The position numbers and the translations under genes are program-made. Below the pieces are notes generated by a model that was not told the DNA's origin, made no database searches, and saw only the letters and a program-made list of their open reading frames with translations. Of a DNA stretch of 64,000 nucleotides, positions 34,069 through 45,341 are shown one piece after another; position 1 is the first letter of the stretch; each line of letters opens with the position of its first letter. The stretch comes from Candidatus Dadabacteria bacterium (GTDB lineage: Bacteria > Desulfobacterota_D > UBA1144 > Nemesobacterales > CSP1-2): the NCBI GenBank assembly GCA_963805855.1, contig CAWDVW010000002.1, positions 576,001 to 640,000 of the forward strand, given 5' to 3'.

Positions 34069-35028
34069 ATGAGTGAAGTAGTGATCGGTGTAGATATAGG
34101 CGGAACCAACCTAAGAGCCGCCTCGGTAGATAGAAACGGGAAAATACTCAGCCGCGAGAGTAGATCATCGGATGCAAAAAAAGGTATAGAATATGTGATG
34201 GAAAACCTGATCTCACTTCTAACTGAAATCATAGGAGATGAAGACATTTCAGGTATAGGGATCGGCATTCCCGGAATAATAGATGTTAATAAGGGAATAT
34301 TAACTCAAGCCCCAAATATTTCCGAAGTAAAGAATTACCCTATTAAAGAAAAACTAACACAGAAACTCGGGTCAGCTATCGATGTGACCATAGAAAATGA
34401 CGCCAATTGTGCGGCCCTCGGAGAGTGGTGGCTTGGGGCAGGTAAAGACGTAAATTCGCTCATTATTCTAACCCTGGGAACCGGGTTAGGCGGCGGGATA
34501 ATACTCGATGGGAAGCTTTGGCGAGGTGCAAATGGTATGGCGGGCGAAATCGGGCATATGACGATTGACCCCGATGGACCAAAATGTAATTGTGGGAACT
34601 TTGGATGTCTGGAAAGCTTCGCCTCGGCGGAGGCTATTAGAAGAATGGTGAAAGAAGGCCTGAGAAATAAGAATCTGAATACGATCTTAAGAAGAGAAAT
34701 CGAGAATGTGACCATACATGATATTCCCGAGACAGTGGGCAAGGCAGCAAGAATCGGAGATAAATTTTCCCTTGAAATTTGGGCATCGTTCGGGAAGGCA
34801 TTAGGAGTCGCAATCGCAAATCTAACAAATCTGTTGAATGTCGAGATGATAATAATCGGAGGTGGTCTCTCAAACTCATGGGAACTGTTTATCGAAATAG
34901 CATTGACTGAAGCAAAGAAAAGAGGCCTTAGTGCTCCAATGGAAAATGTCGAGATTAAAAAATGCGAATTAGAAGACGATGCGGGGCTATTGGGAGCCGG
35001 TTACTTGGCTTTAACGCGGGTCAAATAA
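34069..35028 (+). CDS. ROK family glucokinase
   Basis: GVDIGGT, ENDANCAALGE, GEIGH, CNCGNFGCLE. Confidence 0.92.
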   Translation: MSEVVIGVDIGGTNLRAASVDRNGKILSRESRSSDAKKGIEYVMENLISLLTEIIGDEDISGIGIGIPGIIDVNKGILTQAPNISEVKNYPIKEKLTQKLGSAIDVTIENDANCAALGEWWLGAGKDVNSLIILTLGTGLGGGIILDGKLWRGANGMAGEIGHMTIDPDGPKCNCGNFGCLESFASAEAIRRMVKEGLRNKNLNTILRREIENVTIHDIPETVGKAARIGDKFSLEIWASFGKALGVAIANLTNLLNVEMIIIGGGLSNSWELFIEIALTEAKKRGLSAPMENVEIKKCELEDDAGLLGAGYLALTRVK

Positions 35029-35136
35029 CAAATAGAGATGCCCCCACCTTAATCCTCCCCCACATTTGTGGGGGAGGAGATGCGATGGCCAATAATCATT
35101 CGGAAGCGAATATTGTGGGCGACCGCTGAGGTAAAA

Positions 35137-36543
35137 TCATTGAATTAGCAATTTTTCGAAATTCGGTCTAATTAATCGAATGGTCAGGACCTTTTTCCTC
35201 TTATCACGAACCTTAAATCTCTCATCGACCCTCATTCCTCCGATCCACATTATCTTGCCCTTGCAGAGGAAAATAGGGATTTGATGTCGAATAAACCTGG
35301 GTATCTTCTCATCGATAAAATAATTCTTCAATTTCTTAAATTCATTCATACCATATGGTATGAGCCTGTCCCCCTCAGTAAAATTTCGAACCTGAATCGG
35401 AAAATCAACCGAGGCAGAATCAAAACAAGCGAGATATTTATCCGATTTCAGTGAATTTACCTTTTCGAATTGGATCTCAAACTCGGCATGTGGAAATCTG
35501 TGCAATCCAGTTGAATTAACGCTGTACCTGAAACTACATGTGAATAGAGCGTTCTTCGTAAGCACAAAGAGGCCATGGCCCTTAGCTACCACTATTTCTC
35601 CAGGAAGATAGAGCTCACCCGACGCTTGCCCGGAATCCAGGAGCTCATTCATTGACACAATATGGTTTAGTGAAATCCTCTTCAGATCACCCTTTATTTT
35701 CTCAATCGCTAATCTCAATAACCCATACTTCATCGCTTCAGAAAGCGCACTATAATACGCAAGTTTTCCCACCAACTCGCCATCTCTTAAGCTGGAAAAC
35801 AGTTTGTCAAAATGGTTTTTTGCCTCAGTCCTGATGTAGTCCTCTTCGACTCCAGCTATGTAGGCAGTCCTCGCTAGTGTTTCCTTGATGTTAGGATTAT
35901 ATGTGATCAGGTGCGGAATTAGCTCATTTCTGATTCTGTTTCGTAGAAAAAACATCTCCTTGTTTGAAGAATCTTCCATCCACCCTATACCCTTCGATCT
36001 CAAGTAATCCTCAACATCAGATTTCGTAACCTCAATCAGTGGTCTAATTATATTATCATTTACAGGGGGGATCCCGGAAAGACCAAGCAACCCACTTCCG
36101 CGAATGAATCTCATAAGAACTGTTTCAGCCTGATCATCAAGCGTGTGGGCCGTGGCTATCTTATCGGCATTATGCTTATTTAATACTTCTCTAAGAAACT
36201 TATACCTGAGCTCTCTAGCCGCTTCTTCTAGAGACAGACTCGTGCTCCTTTTAAACTCAATCACATCGATTTCCCGGAGTTCAAAAGGAAGGCCTAATTT
36301 TTCGGCAAAACTCCGCACGTAGGCAGCGTCTCGGTTTGATTCTTCTCCTCTAATACGATGATTAAGATGGGCCACAACGAGTTTCAGACGATAATCTGCT
36401 AGCTCTGTCAATATTTGCAGCAGACCAAGCGAGTCCGATCCTCCTGATACACCTACCACAACACACTCCCCGGGGATGAGCATGTTAAATCTTTTTATCG
36501 TCCTACTTATTAGACTTAACATCTTTGGATTGATTATCGGCAA
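35137..36543 (-). CDS. tilS: tRNA(Ile)-lysidine synthetase
   Basis: VSGGSDS, AHTLDDQAET, RNRIR, TilS C-terminal domain. Confidence 0.95.
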   Translation of the reverse strand: MPIINPKMLSLISRTIKRFNMLIPGECVVVGVSGGSDSLGLLQILTELADYRLKLVVAHLNHRIRGEESNRDAAYVRSFAEKLGLPFELREIDVIEFKRSTSLSLEEAARELRYKFLREVLNKHNADKIATAHTLDDQAETVLMRFIRGSGLLGLSGIPPVNDNIIRPLIEVTKSDVEDYLRSKGIGWMEDSSNKEMFFLRNRIRNELIPHLITYNPNIKETLARTAYIAGVEEDYIRTEAKNHFDKLFSSLRDGELVGKLAYYSALSEAMKYGLLRLAIEKIKGDLKRISLNHIVSMNELLDSGQASGELYLPGEIVVAKGHGLFVLTKNALFTCSFRYSVNSTGLHRFPHAEFEIQFEKVNSLKSDKYLACFDSASVDFPIQVRNFTEGDRLIPYGMNEFKKLKNYFIDEKIPRFIRHQIPIFLCKGKIMWIGGMRVDERFKVRDKRKKVLTIRLIRPNFEKLLIQ

Positions 36544-37162
36544 GTCCGCCCGAGATTATAATCCTGAAGGCATCCTCGGTACTGATTGGAAGCTCTTTAA
36601 TATCTTCTTCTGGAAGCATTATATAATACCCACTGGTCGGATTAGGGGTCGTGGGAACAAAAATACCCACTAGATTCTTACCCGAAGTATTACGATCGGC
36701 ATCCTCTTTAACCGTACCGGTAACAAAACCTATTGAATAAACACCCTTCCTCGGATACTCAAACATTACAACCCTCTTAACCCCTTTAAAACCAGTTGTT
36801 AGAAAAATACTCTCTATTACCTGTTTGGAAGCTGTATAAATCGTTCGGGCTAGTGGAATTCTTGCAATGATTGATTCGCCGATTCCCAATAACTTCCTGC
36901 CCGTATAAAACCTCGCAATACTCCCAACAAAAAGAACTATAATAATTGTTCCCACGAGCCCGATTCCAAAGGTAGAAAGCTGGAACAGAGATGGATGAAG
37001 CTTCGAAAGGGGTCTGATCAGAACCTTAGCAGGTGCAGCGCTCAAGAGCTCAACTATCCATTTCCCGAGTGTGAAGAGAATAAAAACCGTGAGCCCAAAA
37101 GGAACGGTTACAATAAGGCCAGCAAGGAAATTTTGCCTAAACGCATTACTGATTCGATTCAT
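36503..37162 (-). CDS. DUF502 family membrane protein
   Basis: EYPRKG, FVPTTPNPTSG, IISGG. Confidence 0.9.
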   Translation of the reverse strand: MNRISNAFRQNFLAGLIVTVPFGLTVFILFTLGKWIVELLSAAPAKVLIRPLSKLHPSLFQLSTFGIGLVGTIIIVLFVGSIARFYTGRKLLGIGESIIARIPLARTIYTASKQVIESIFLTTGFKGVKRVVMFEYPRKGVYSIGFVTGTVKEDADRNTSGKNLVGIFVPTTPNPTSGYYIMLPEEDIKELPISTEDAFRIIISGGLADNQSKDVKSNK

Positions 37163-37449
37163 TCACTGACTTGTACTTCATTTATAGAGTCCCGAAGGAA
37201 TCTGCTTGGCTTGAACGTGACGACAGTCCTATCCGATATTACGATCGCGTCACCGGTGGCCGGATTTCTTCCTTTTCTTGCCTTCCTTTTTTGAAGCCTG
37301 AAGCTTCCGAAGCCGGGAATTTTAATTCCTTCGCCATTAGCAAGTTTTTCTTTCACTGTCTCAAAGAAAAACTCAACAATCTCAGCCGATTCACGCCTTG
37401 AAAGCCCTATCTTTACGTGTATTACATCTGCTAGTTCTTTTTTCGTCAT
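37159..37449 (-). CDS. ihfA: Integration host factor alpha subunit
   Basis: GFGSF, RKGRNPATG, VTFKPS; downstream of pheT. Confidence 0.9.
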   Translation of the reverse strand: MTKKELADVIHVKIGLSRRESAEIVEFFFETVKEKLANGEGIKIPGFGSFRLQKRKARKGRNPATGDAIVISDRTVVTFKPSRFLRDSINEVQVSE

Positions 37450-37460
37450 ATATTTCCCCC

Positions 37461-39869
37461 TTAAATTTTACGTAATTCTGCGCCAAAGGCCAAATTCAGC
37501 TTTTCCAATGTCTTGGCCTGCACTTGATTTATATCTTCATCCGTAAGCGTTTTATCAGCCGATCTTAATATCATAGAAACAGCAACGCTTTTCTTACCCT
37601 CTTCGACCGCACCGCCTTTAAACACATCAAATACACTCACGTCTTCGATCAAGCTTGATTCTACCCTTCTTATCTCACCAACTATGTCACCCACTGGTAA
37701 TTCTTCATCCACTACGATGGCGATATCTCTTCTCACGAATGGAAATCTGGGAATGGGTCTAAATTGTAACCGCTCGCCAATGTAAAACTCTGCAAGTTTA
37801 TCCAGATCAATTTCAAAAACATATACACCTTGTGAGATATCCATTTTTTCCGATATCTCAGGATGAAGTTGACCCAAAATACCAATTTCCTCTTCCTGGA
37901 TTAAAACCCTTGAGGAGTTACCCGGATGAAGGAAGCCGACCTGCTTTGTTTGTTCAAATCTCAGCGTTTTTACAAGCGAGTGCAATTCAAAAATTCTCTC
38001 AACAACACCCTTTAAATCATAAAAATCGAATTCAGCTTTTCCCCATAATTCGTGTTGTCTCTCACCGGTTGCTGCAACCACAAGTTTAGTGATCTCCTTC
38101 GGCAACCCGTTTCCTTCCGGGATGTAAACCCTTCCAATTTCAAAAACCCTTATATCATTTATTTGACGATTCAGGTTAAGACTCACGTTTCTCATTAATC
38201 CAGAAAAAAGGCTCGTCCTCAACACAGATCCCTCACTACTGAGCGGATTCAATATCCCTAGGGGTTGAGTCGAATTAAACAGTCCAAGATATGCTGGGTC
38301 ATCAAAACTATAGTTTATAACTTCAAGAAAACCATAGGACGTTAGTATTTCCTTTATCCGGCTTTCAATGATCTTTTCTGTTTTTAATCCTTCTGTCTTC
38401 ATAACAACAGAGGGTAGGGTTGTCGGGATTCTGTTATATCCATAGTGTCTCGCCAGTTCTTCGATTAAATCAACTTCTCTAGCGATATCCACCCTAAAGG
38501 TCGGGATCATGAACGTTAACTCTTCACCTTCCGCCGCTTTTCCTTCAATATCGAGCCGCTCCATGATCTCTATGACTTCGTCCGGCTGGATTTCAGTTCC
38601 GAGTAGTCTGTTTAGACCTTTCGCGGAAAGCCTAATCTCCCTTCTTCCGACAGGATTAGGATAAACGTCGATAATACCCCTCGAAACCGTCCCCCCTGCA
38701 AGTTCTCTCATGAGCTCAGAAGCCCGGTCAAGCGCTTTTACTACTCCGTTTATATCTACCTGCCGTTCAAACCTGTAAGATGACTCAGATTTCAAATTTG
38801 TCCGCTTTGAGGTCCTTCTTACGCTAATAGGACTGAAAAACGCGCTTTCAAGCAGAATATTTTTAGTAGCGTCCGAGACCTCGGTGCTTGCCCCTCCCAT
38901 CACACCTGCCAATGCAATAGGCTTTGAAGCATCAGAAATAATCAAATCTTCGTTGGTTAGAACCCTCTCCAGTCCATCGAGTGTTTGTATTACTTCCCCC
39001 TCATTTGCGGATCTGACAACTATCTTCTTTCCTTCGATCAGATCATAATCAAATGCATGGAGTGGTTGACCCCACTCCAACAGAACAAAGTTTGTTATAT
39101 CAACGATGTTATTGATCGATCTGATACCAGAATTCTCGAGTCTCATCTTCAGCCAGCTGGGGGAAGGAGCTATCTTTAGGTCGGTAATTACCCTGCAAGA
39201 ATACCTTTGACAGCCTTCGGAATCCAATACTTCAACTCTAACCAACTTATCTATATCTTCACCCTCTTCCACTAATTGAAATTTTGGGTATCGAAGCTCA
39301 GATCCGAAAACTGCCGCAACCTCCCTGGCGATCCCGACAACACTTAGGCAGTCTGGTCTGTTAGGTGTTACGCCGATTTCCATTACCACCTCATCAAGTC
39401 CCAGGGGATTGACAATGCTGCCACCAACTTCAGAGCGTTCCGGAAGTATGATAATCCCCTCGTGATCGTCCCCTACACCCAATTCAACCTCGGAACATAG
39501 CATCCCTTCCGACAACTCTCCCCTTATCCTGGTCTCTTCCATTGTGATCCCTTCCGGGAACTTCACACTTCTTGGGAGCCTCGTACCAGGCAGAGCAAGC
39601 GCTACTTTATCATTAACCTCCATATTTTTTGCGCCGCACACTATCTCGTAGCTTTTCGCACCATCCGAGACATCGCAAAGGAGAAGCTTTTTTGCATTTG
39701 GGTGTGGACGTATTTTTAGGATTTCCCCTACGACTATTTCCTCCAACCCCTTCCCTAGATATTCAAGCGACTCAACCTCAAGGCCACTCATAGTAAGCCT
39801 TTCGGCCAATTCCCCCGGGGTGACGTCAAAATCAACATATTCTTTAAGCCAGCTCACAGTAAATCTCAT
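37461..39869 (-). CDS. pheT: Phenylalanine-tRNA ligase beta subunit
   Basis: IVCGAKN, SEGMLCS, TPNRPDCLS, GQPLHAFD, FDX-ACB C-terminus. Confidence 0.98.
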   Translation of the reverse strand: MRFTVSWLKEYVDFDVTPGELAERLTMSGLEVESLEYLGKGLEEIVVGEILKIRPHPNAKKLLLCDVSDGAKSYEIVCGAKNMEVNDKVALALPGTRLPRSVKFPEGITMEETRIRGELSEGMLCSEVELGVGDDHEGIIILPERSEVGGSIVNPLGLDEVVMEIGVTPNRPDCLSVVGIAREVAAVFGSELRYPKFQLVEEGEDIDKLVRVEVLDSEGCQRYSCRVITDLKIAPSPSWLKMRLENSGIRSINNIVDITNFVLLEWGQPLHAFDYDLIEGKKIVVRSANEGEVIQTLDGLERVLTNEDLIISDASKPIALAGVMGGASTEVSDATKNILLESAFFSPISVRRTSKRTNLKSESSYRFERQVDINGVVKALDRASELMRELAGGTVSRGIIDVYPNPVGRREIRLSAKGLNRLLGTEIQPDEVIEIMERLDIEGKAAEGEELTFMIPTFRVDIAREVDLIEELARHYGYNRIPTTLPSVVMKTEGLKTEKIIESRIKEILTSYGFLEVINYSFDDPAYLGLFNSTQPLGILNPLSSEGSVLRTSLFSGLMRNVSLNLNRQINDIRVFEIGRVYIPEGNGLPKEITKLVVAATGERQHELWGKAEFDFYDLKGVVERIFELHSLVKTLRFEQTKQVGFLHPGNSSRVLIQEEEIGILGQLHPEISEKMDISQGVYVFEIDLDKLAEFYIGERLQFRPIPRFPFVRRDIAIVVDEELPVGDIVGEIRRVESSLIEDVSVFDVFKGGAVEEGKKSVAVSMILRSADKTLTDEDINQVQAKTLEKLNLAFGAELRKI

Positions 39870-40113
39870 TTTCTTAATTCTACAAAAGTAAATAATTACA
39901 TATTGTTAGAGCCCGTGTCAATATCAAAATTCGTCCAAGCTACCGACATAACATAAAAAACAATCCTTCTGGACTCTATAATCACATGTAGGCGCCGATT
40001 TCCATATCAGCAAGTTCGGGAATCGGTCCATATAATCAAACTCCGCACATATGATTGTTGAGAGAATTGGGTTACAATTATTGAAGCGGCGTAGAATGAC
40101 TCGAACATAAAGG

Positions 40114-40731
40114 ATGGACAGATTCATTTTGATTTTTATATTTACATTATTTCTTATTCTATCCCATCAGCCCCAAGCAATATCCAGCCAGCAACCAGAC
40201 AAAAACACCGATTGGAAACCTAAAGAGGGCTTGGAACTCATCGGTGCTAAAGCCCCTCCTCTAAAAGGTCTAAAATGGCTCAATACCAAGCCGTTGACTA
40301 TAGAAGACCTGTCTGGAAAAGTCGTCCTCATTCGATTCTGGTTAGTCGGATGCCCGCTTTGCACAAGAACCGCCCCATCCCTAGTAGAGCTTAATCAGAA
40401 ATATTCCCAGAAGGGTTTAGTCGTGATTGGGATACACCACCCAAAATCGGAGCGGACAAGAAATCCGGATCTGGTTTTAAGGCAAGCACAGTTATTTGGA
40501 TTCAATTTCCCGATTGCCCAGGATAACGACTGGAAAGTCATTAAATCGTACTGGCTTAATGGTAAGAATAGATCATATACCTCGGTTAGCTTCCTGTTGG
40601 ATAAAAACGGCAGAATAAGGTTAATAAATGACGGCGGAGAGTTTTATAGGAGCGATGAAAATCCAGAAGCGAATGCTGCATTTCTTGCAATCGATAAGAA
40701 GATTCAGGAACTTTTAAACGAGAATCCCTAA
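40114..40731 (+). CDS. Exported redoxin/TlpA-like thioredoxin-fold protein
   Basis: Signal peptide; GKVVLIRFWLVGCPLC. Confidence 0.85.
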   Translation: MDRFILIFIFTLFLILSHQPQAISSQQPDKNTDWKPKEGLELIGAKAPPLKGLKWLNTKPLTIEDLSGKVVLIRFWLVGCPLCTRTAPSLVELNQKYSQKGLVVIGIHHPKSERTRNPDLVLRQAQLFGFNFPIAQDNDWKVIKSYWLNGKNRSYTSVSFLLDKNGRIRLINDGGEFYRSDENPEANAAFLAIDKKIQELLNENP

Positions 40732-40795
40732 GTTGCCACGAATTTACACGATGCACTCTTCAGGATGCACGATACATGATGCATGATTCATGAAG

Positions 40796-42487
40796 TTACC
40801 AGGAACCTCCACCCCCACCTCCGAATCCCCCTCCACTGGATCCCCCTCCGCCGAACCCGCTTCCGCCAGATTTTCTGGGACTGGATGCAAAACTACTGTT
40901 CATGACAGTTAGACTTCTTCCTAGATCGGCCACGAATATCCGGGGAGCAAAAGTATCACCATATCTCGGGGAGTAGTACCATGAAGGCGGGCTTTTGTAC
41001 ATATCTTTAAATGCATCTGCCCACCTGTCTCCCAACCCGAAAACCAGGGCGTAGGGAAGTACCCTATCAAAGAGTGTGGGATCATCCTTGGCGAGTTTCT
41101 CAATGCGGTTCTTCTCAGCTCTCTCTATAAATTCTCTGAAGCCCAGTAGCTCCTCTTTTGCCAATGAACCCTTCTTTGTCTTCCTAGGCATGAATCTCGA
41201 AAACATGAGAACAAATAGACCCGATATGGCGATAGACAACTTTAATCCCCAGGATTGAAATAGAAACATAGAGGCCACAATTATTCCAATCCCGATCCAT
41301 TTGAATATTTTCCGAATGTTCTCAGGGTTCGAGGGAAAGTATCTACTGGAAATAAGCTCCTGATAAAGCGCCTTCTTGATCGGTGGGAGCACCTTGTAAA
41401 AATTGTTTTTTAGTTCAGAAATCATTACCTTATCTTTACTCGCCCCGAAAAGCCCGGAAAACACTTTATGCTCGTGGGCCTTAAGCTCACCTTGTCCCGG
41501 ATCTCTCAGTTTAATAAGCTTGTAGTCCCTGTCCGAAAAGAATATGAATTTTGGGCTCTCGGTCTCTTCGATTTTCAGAAAGCCTCTTACGGCAAGGTCT
41601 ATAACAGTCGATGTTACATCAAGAATGTCCGCGCTTTCATCCATCAGTGTTCCTGCCTCAGCTGGCGTAATATCGGCAGGAGGTTCATACCTAACGGCCA
41701 CTACACCCTTTCCATCGGGGTCTCTGCCCATCGAATACCAAACGTAGGATATCAGAAAGAGGGTCAAAAATGGCAAAGCGAAAAACCAGTTATCAGAGAT
41801 AAACCAGGAAGCCTTGCTTAGACTTGACGGTTCCTTAAAATATCCCTTCGGAACTCCGATAACAATCGAAAGTCCCTCTCCCGCAGCAAAGCTTTTCAGG
41901 GCGTTGAATTCTATGCCTGTCGGAGTAATGTTAAAATTACATTCCTCCGCTTTAGAGCCGTAAACTCCTGTATAGCATTTAACAGTAACACCCTGGGGCA
42001 CCCCTTGATCAAAGTAAACCTTTGCACTGGCTCTCCCTATCGGAACCTTCCACTCGTTGCCTGTAACGTTCCAATAGATCTCGTCATGGTCTTTAAAGAA
42101 GGTTATCGCACCATCAACCGCATAATCGATTCTATAATTCTTGACACCACTCACCACCTTATCAGGATCTCCGATCCTAATGATCAACCTTCCCCGGTCG
42201 CGACTAACTTTTTTTTCATATGGTACTCCATCAAAATTCGTAGCCCTATTAGGATGCATTCTCAGGTTATAGTTCTTGATACCAATCTGGTATTTGTAAG
42301 GGATCTCCCGCATTATTCCGTGTTTGTGCTCACTACCAAAATCGTATTCAATGTCCTCTTGGACACTTATAGACCCATCCTCTCTTATCAGCATTTCCAC
42401 ATAAAAATCCTGTATCTCTTCGGCATAGAGCGGAGCAAAAAAGGAGGTAATATAGATAGATAGGGCAACGAAAAAAGTGGATTTCAT
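40796..42487 (-). CDS. DUF2207 family membrane protein
   Basis: YWNVTGNEW, LPYALVFG, Gly-rich GGGGGGSW tail; next to lemA. Confidence 0.9.
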   Translation of the reverse strand: MKSTFFVALSIYITSFFAPLYAEEIQDFYVEMLIREDGSISVQEDIEYDFGSEHKHGIMREIPYKYQIGIKNYNLRMHPNRATNFDGVPYEKKVSRDRGRLIIRIGDPDKVVSGVKNYRIDYAVDGAITFFKDHDEIYWNVTGNEWKVPIGRASAKVYFDQGVPQGVTVKCYTGVYGSKAEECNFNITPTGIEFNALKSFAAGEGLSIVIGVPKGYFKEPSSLSKASWFISDNWFFALPFLTLFLISYVWYSMGRDPDGKGVVAVRYEPPADITPAEAGTLMDESADILDVTSTVIDLAVRGFLKIEETESPKFIFFSDRDYKLIKLRDPGQGELKAHEHKVFSGLFGASKDKVMISELKNNFYKVLPPIKKALYQELISSRYFPSNPENIRKIFKWIGIGIIVASMFLFQSWGLKLSIAISGLFVLMFSRFMPRKTKKGSLAKEELLGFREFIERAEKNRIEKLAKDDPTLFDRVLPYALVFGLGDRWADAFKDMYKSPPSWYYSPRYGDTFAPRIFVADLGRSLTVMNSSFASSPRKSGGSGFGGGGSSGGGFGGGGGGSW

Positions 42488-42566
42488 TAAAGCTGCAAAA
42501 AATGTGTTTTTAATTGCCAGATTAGGTTACATGATATTCATATTATTGATTTGCCTCATCGCCCGA

Positions 42567-42594
42567 GTAGGGGCAATTCATGAATTGCCCCTAC
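42567..42594. repeat. GTAG REP palindrome
   Basis: GTAGGGGCAATTCATGAATTGCCCCTAC perfect palindrome. Confidence 0.8.
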
Positions 42595-42607
42595 TTTGAC
42601 GCATAAT

Positions 42608-43165
42608 TCAGCCAAAACTCACACTGGGAGCCCTTCTTTCGTCCGGAGTCTCAAGCTCAAAATATTCTCTTTTTTGGAAGTTAAACATATTTGCAACTAC
42701 ATTGCTTGGTACTGATTCGATCTTTGTGTTCAAATCCCGGACCACGGCATTATAATATCTTCTTGAAAGCTGAATCTGCTCTTCAATATTCGAGAGCTCC
42801 TTTTGGAGTTCGATAAAATTTTGGTTTGCCTTTAGCTCAGGATAGGCCTCAGCCAGGGCAAAGAGGCTTCTAAGCGTCGACTGCAGGATATTCTCCGTAT
42901 GTGTTTTATCATTTGGAGAAGAAGCCTGCATGGCGTCATTTCTAGCCTTAACTACCTTCTCGAATGTCTCTTTTTCATGAGATGCGTACCCCTTAACAGT
43001 TTCAACCAGGTTCGGAATGAGATCATATCTTCTCTTAAGCTGCACATCGACATCAGACCACGATTGATCGGCGGTATTCCTCAGCCTTATAAGCGAATTA
43101 TATATGCCGACAGAAATGGCGACCAATATACCTATAATTATGAGTATGATTAAAATCCCCGACAT
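42608..43165 (-). CDS. lemA: LemA family protein
   Basis: QLKRRYDLIPNLVETVKGY, EAYPELKANQNF. Confidence 0.95.
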   Translation of the reverse strand: MSGILIILIIIGILVAISVGIYNSLIRLRNTADQSWSDVDVQLKRRYDLIPNLVETVKGYASHEKETFEKVVKARNDAMQASSPNDKTHTENILQSTLRSLFALAEAYPELKANQNFIELQKELSNIEEQIQLSRRYYNAVVRDLNTKIESVPSNVVANMFNFQKREYFELETPDERRAPSVSFG

Positions 43166-43375
43166 ATTTCAATTTCTCCTCAGAATTTATTTATTTTTTT
43201 ACCAGACCCCTGAACTTAATTTATAAAACTCATAAACCGATAAGTCAAGGGGAATTGATTTCTAAGAAGGCATAAGCGAGATTAGAAAACCTCACCGATC
43301 TTTACCCGATTATTTAACCGAGATAGGCGGGACACCCTTGTTGCGCTTAAATGCCTGAGCATCTCCTCCACATTC

Positions 43376-44602
43376 TCACCAGAGAGGATTAAAAACCAGT
43401 CCGGATAGGGTCTTCGGATAAAAATATGTTGTTTTGTGCGGTAACTTTTCATCCGCCAAAACTACTTCGAATATATCTGACGCTGTTAGCGGGGGAAGAA
43501 TAAAACCAAGTATATATTGGCCACTTTTAACAAGCTCGGATACTTCCTTAATAGACTTTGTATATAATATTTCCGACTTTTCTTCGGTAATTATCTCTTT
43601 TAGCACTACATTATGGAGTAGCATTACAGCTAAATTCTTAAATGACTCAGGATAGAGGTCCTTGGGCGAAACCTTAATAACATTCCGGGTGTCTTTTGAC
43701 AGTATGAGAAATTCCCGACTTCCCAGAGATGAGACCGCTTCCCTAAAATCAATTCTTTTAATATTAAACCTCTCCCCTATTTTCTGAATGAAATCCTTCA
43801 GATCCAGGGAGCCGAGATTTTTTAACACCCTGTGAGTGGGGTTGATCAAAAGTCCGTCATCTTCGGCACGAGCGAGGTACATCATCACGTATTCATACAG
43901 CCGCTCACCAGAACCGGTGCCCGAATTATTCCTCTGTTGGTTTCTATACTCGAGAGCCGTTTCATAACGATGGTGTCCGTCGGCGATAAGGAGATTAGAA
44001 TCCGACATTGTTGTTTTTATTTGCGATATGATATCGCGGTCAGAAATTTTCCAGAGCTTATTCCTCACACCATCCCTGTAAAGAGAATCAATCAAGGGCT
44101 CATCCTCAATATTTTCGCCGATGGCTTTTTCTATCGATCCTTCCGGATCAGAATAGATAGAAAAAACTGGGCTTAGATTTGCCTTGCATGCCAAAGTTAG
44201 CTTCAGCCTGTCGATCTTAGGCTTGGGAAATGTCCTCTCGTGGGGGAGGATAATCTTCGAAGAAAAATCCTCAATCCTGACAGTGGCGATGAATCCCCTT
44301 CGTATAATCTTTTTCCCGTCGAGATCAAACTGCTGGTGATAGGGATAGATTGATGGCTCGGCCTCTTGAATTAGAACCTGATCCGCAATCCAGTCTCTAA
44401 ATGTGGCGCCAGCCTTAACGTATTTTTGTTCACCCTCGCACTTGGAAAGGATAAGGCGAACCACATTATACGGGCTTACCCCATAGAGCTCTTCCTGCTC
44501 CTCAGGACTAATCACATCATAAGGAGGGGCAAGAACCTTAGATAAATTTTCAATTTTCTCTGGATTGTAACGAAAGCCCTGAAAACCGGTTACGACAGCC
44601 AT
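43376..44602 (-). CDS. DUF1015 family protein
   Basis: APPYDVI, PHERT, IADGHHRYETA, KTTYFYPK. Confidence 0.92.
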   Translation of the reverse strand: MAVVTGFQGFRYNPEKIENLSKVLAPPYDVISPEEQEELYGVSPYNVVRLILSKCEGEQKYVKAGATFRDWIADQVLIQEAEPSIYPYHQQFDLDGKKIIRRGFIATVRIEDFSSKIILPHERTFPKPKIDRLKLTLACKANLSPVFSIYSDPEGSIEKAIGENIEDEPLIDSLYRDGVRNKLWKISDRDIISQIKTTMSDSNLLIADGHHRYETALEYRNQQRNNSGTGSGERLYEYVMMYLARAEDDGLLINPTHRVLKNLGSLDLKDFIQKIGERFNIKRIDFREAVSSLGSREFLILSKDTRNVIKVSPKDLYPESFKNLAVMLLHNVVLKEIITEEKSEILYTKSIKEVSELVKSGQYILGFILPPLTASDIFEVVLADEKLPHKTTYFYPKTLSGLVFNPLW

Positions 44603-45216
44603 TAAAAAAATCCCTGAATCAATTCTCTACTTATTTCACCCTCCCTGATGATTGAGGGTGGAGTTTTGGTCAAATCCACTACAGTCGAACCTTTTGATGG
44701 GTGTAGGCTACCCGAATCAATTATAAGGTCAACTCTAGAGCGAAACGCATCAATGATGTCATTTATATCATATAAATTATTCCTCCCGCTGATATTTGCG
44801 CTAGTAGCCGTTAGTGGTTGTGAGATGTATTCAAATAGCCGTTTCACGAACGGATGGCTCGATATTCTGACGGCCACCTTCCCGGTATCCGCTGTGATCA
44901 GGTCGGGTAATTTTATCTTTTGATTGAGCACAAGGGTTAGTGCACCTGGAAGAAAGCGGTCAATAAGCTTTGAGGCTTGCTCAGTTACATTAGCGACCTG
45001 ATGAAACATTTCAATATCCTTTACCAGCACTGGAATGGGCTTACCGTGAGGCCGACCTTTCACAATAAAAACTCTTCTTACGGATATCTCGCTTAGCGCA
45101 TTGGCACCCAGTCCATAGAGTGTTTCTGTAGGATAAACTATCGTTCCTCCGTTATTTATTATCAATGCCGCGATCTTAGGCGATTCGGGGTTTTCTTCTT
45201 TAATTACCTCAGTCAA
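44602..45216 (-). CDS. tsaC: Threonylcarbamoyl-AMP synthase (Sua5/YrdC)
   Basis: YPTETLYGL, KGRP, TSANISG, STVVD. Confidence 0.92.
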   Translation of the reverse strand: MTEVIKEENPESPKIAALIINNGGTIVYPTETLYGLGANALSEISVRRVFIVKGRPHGKPIPVLVKDIEMFHQVANVTEQASKLIDRFLPGALTLVLNQKIKLPDLITADTGKVAVRISSHPFVKRLFEYISQPLTATSANISGRNNLYDINDIIDAFRSRVDLIIDSGSLHPSKGSTVVDLTKTPPSIIREGEISRELIQGFF

Positions 45217-45341
45217 TGACTAATCACTCCAATCTCATCGTTAAGCAACAAAACGCGGAATAGCAGGATAATGGTATGATCCGGCTTTCTAATAAATGAT
45301 CTTACCAATCAACACTCTCATTGCAGAATGGTATAGTTAAC

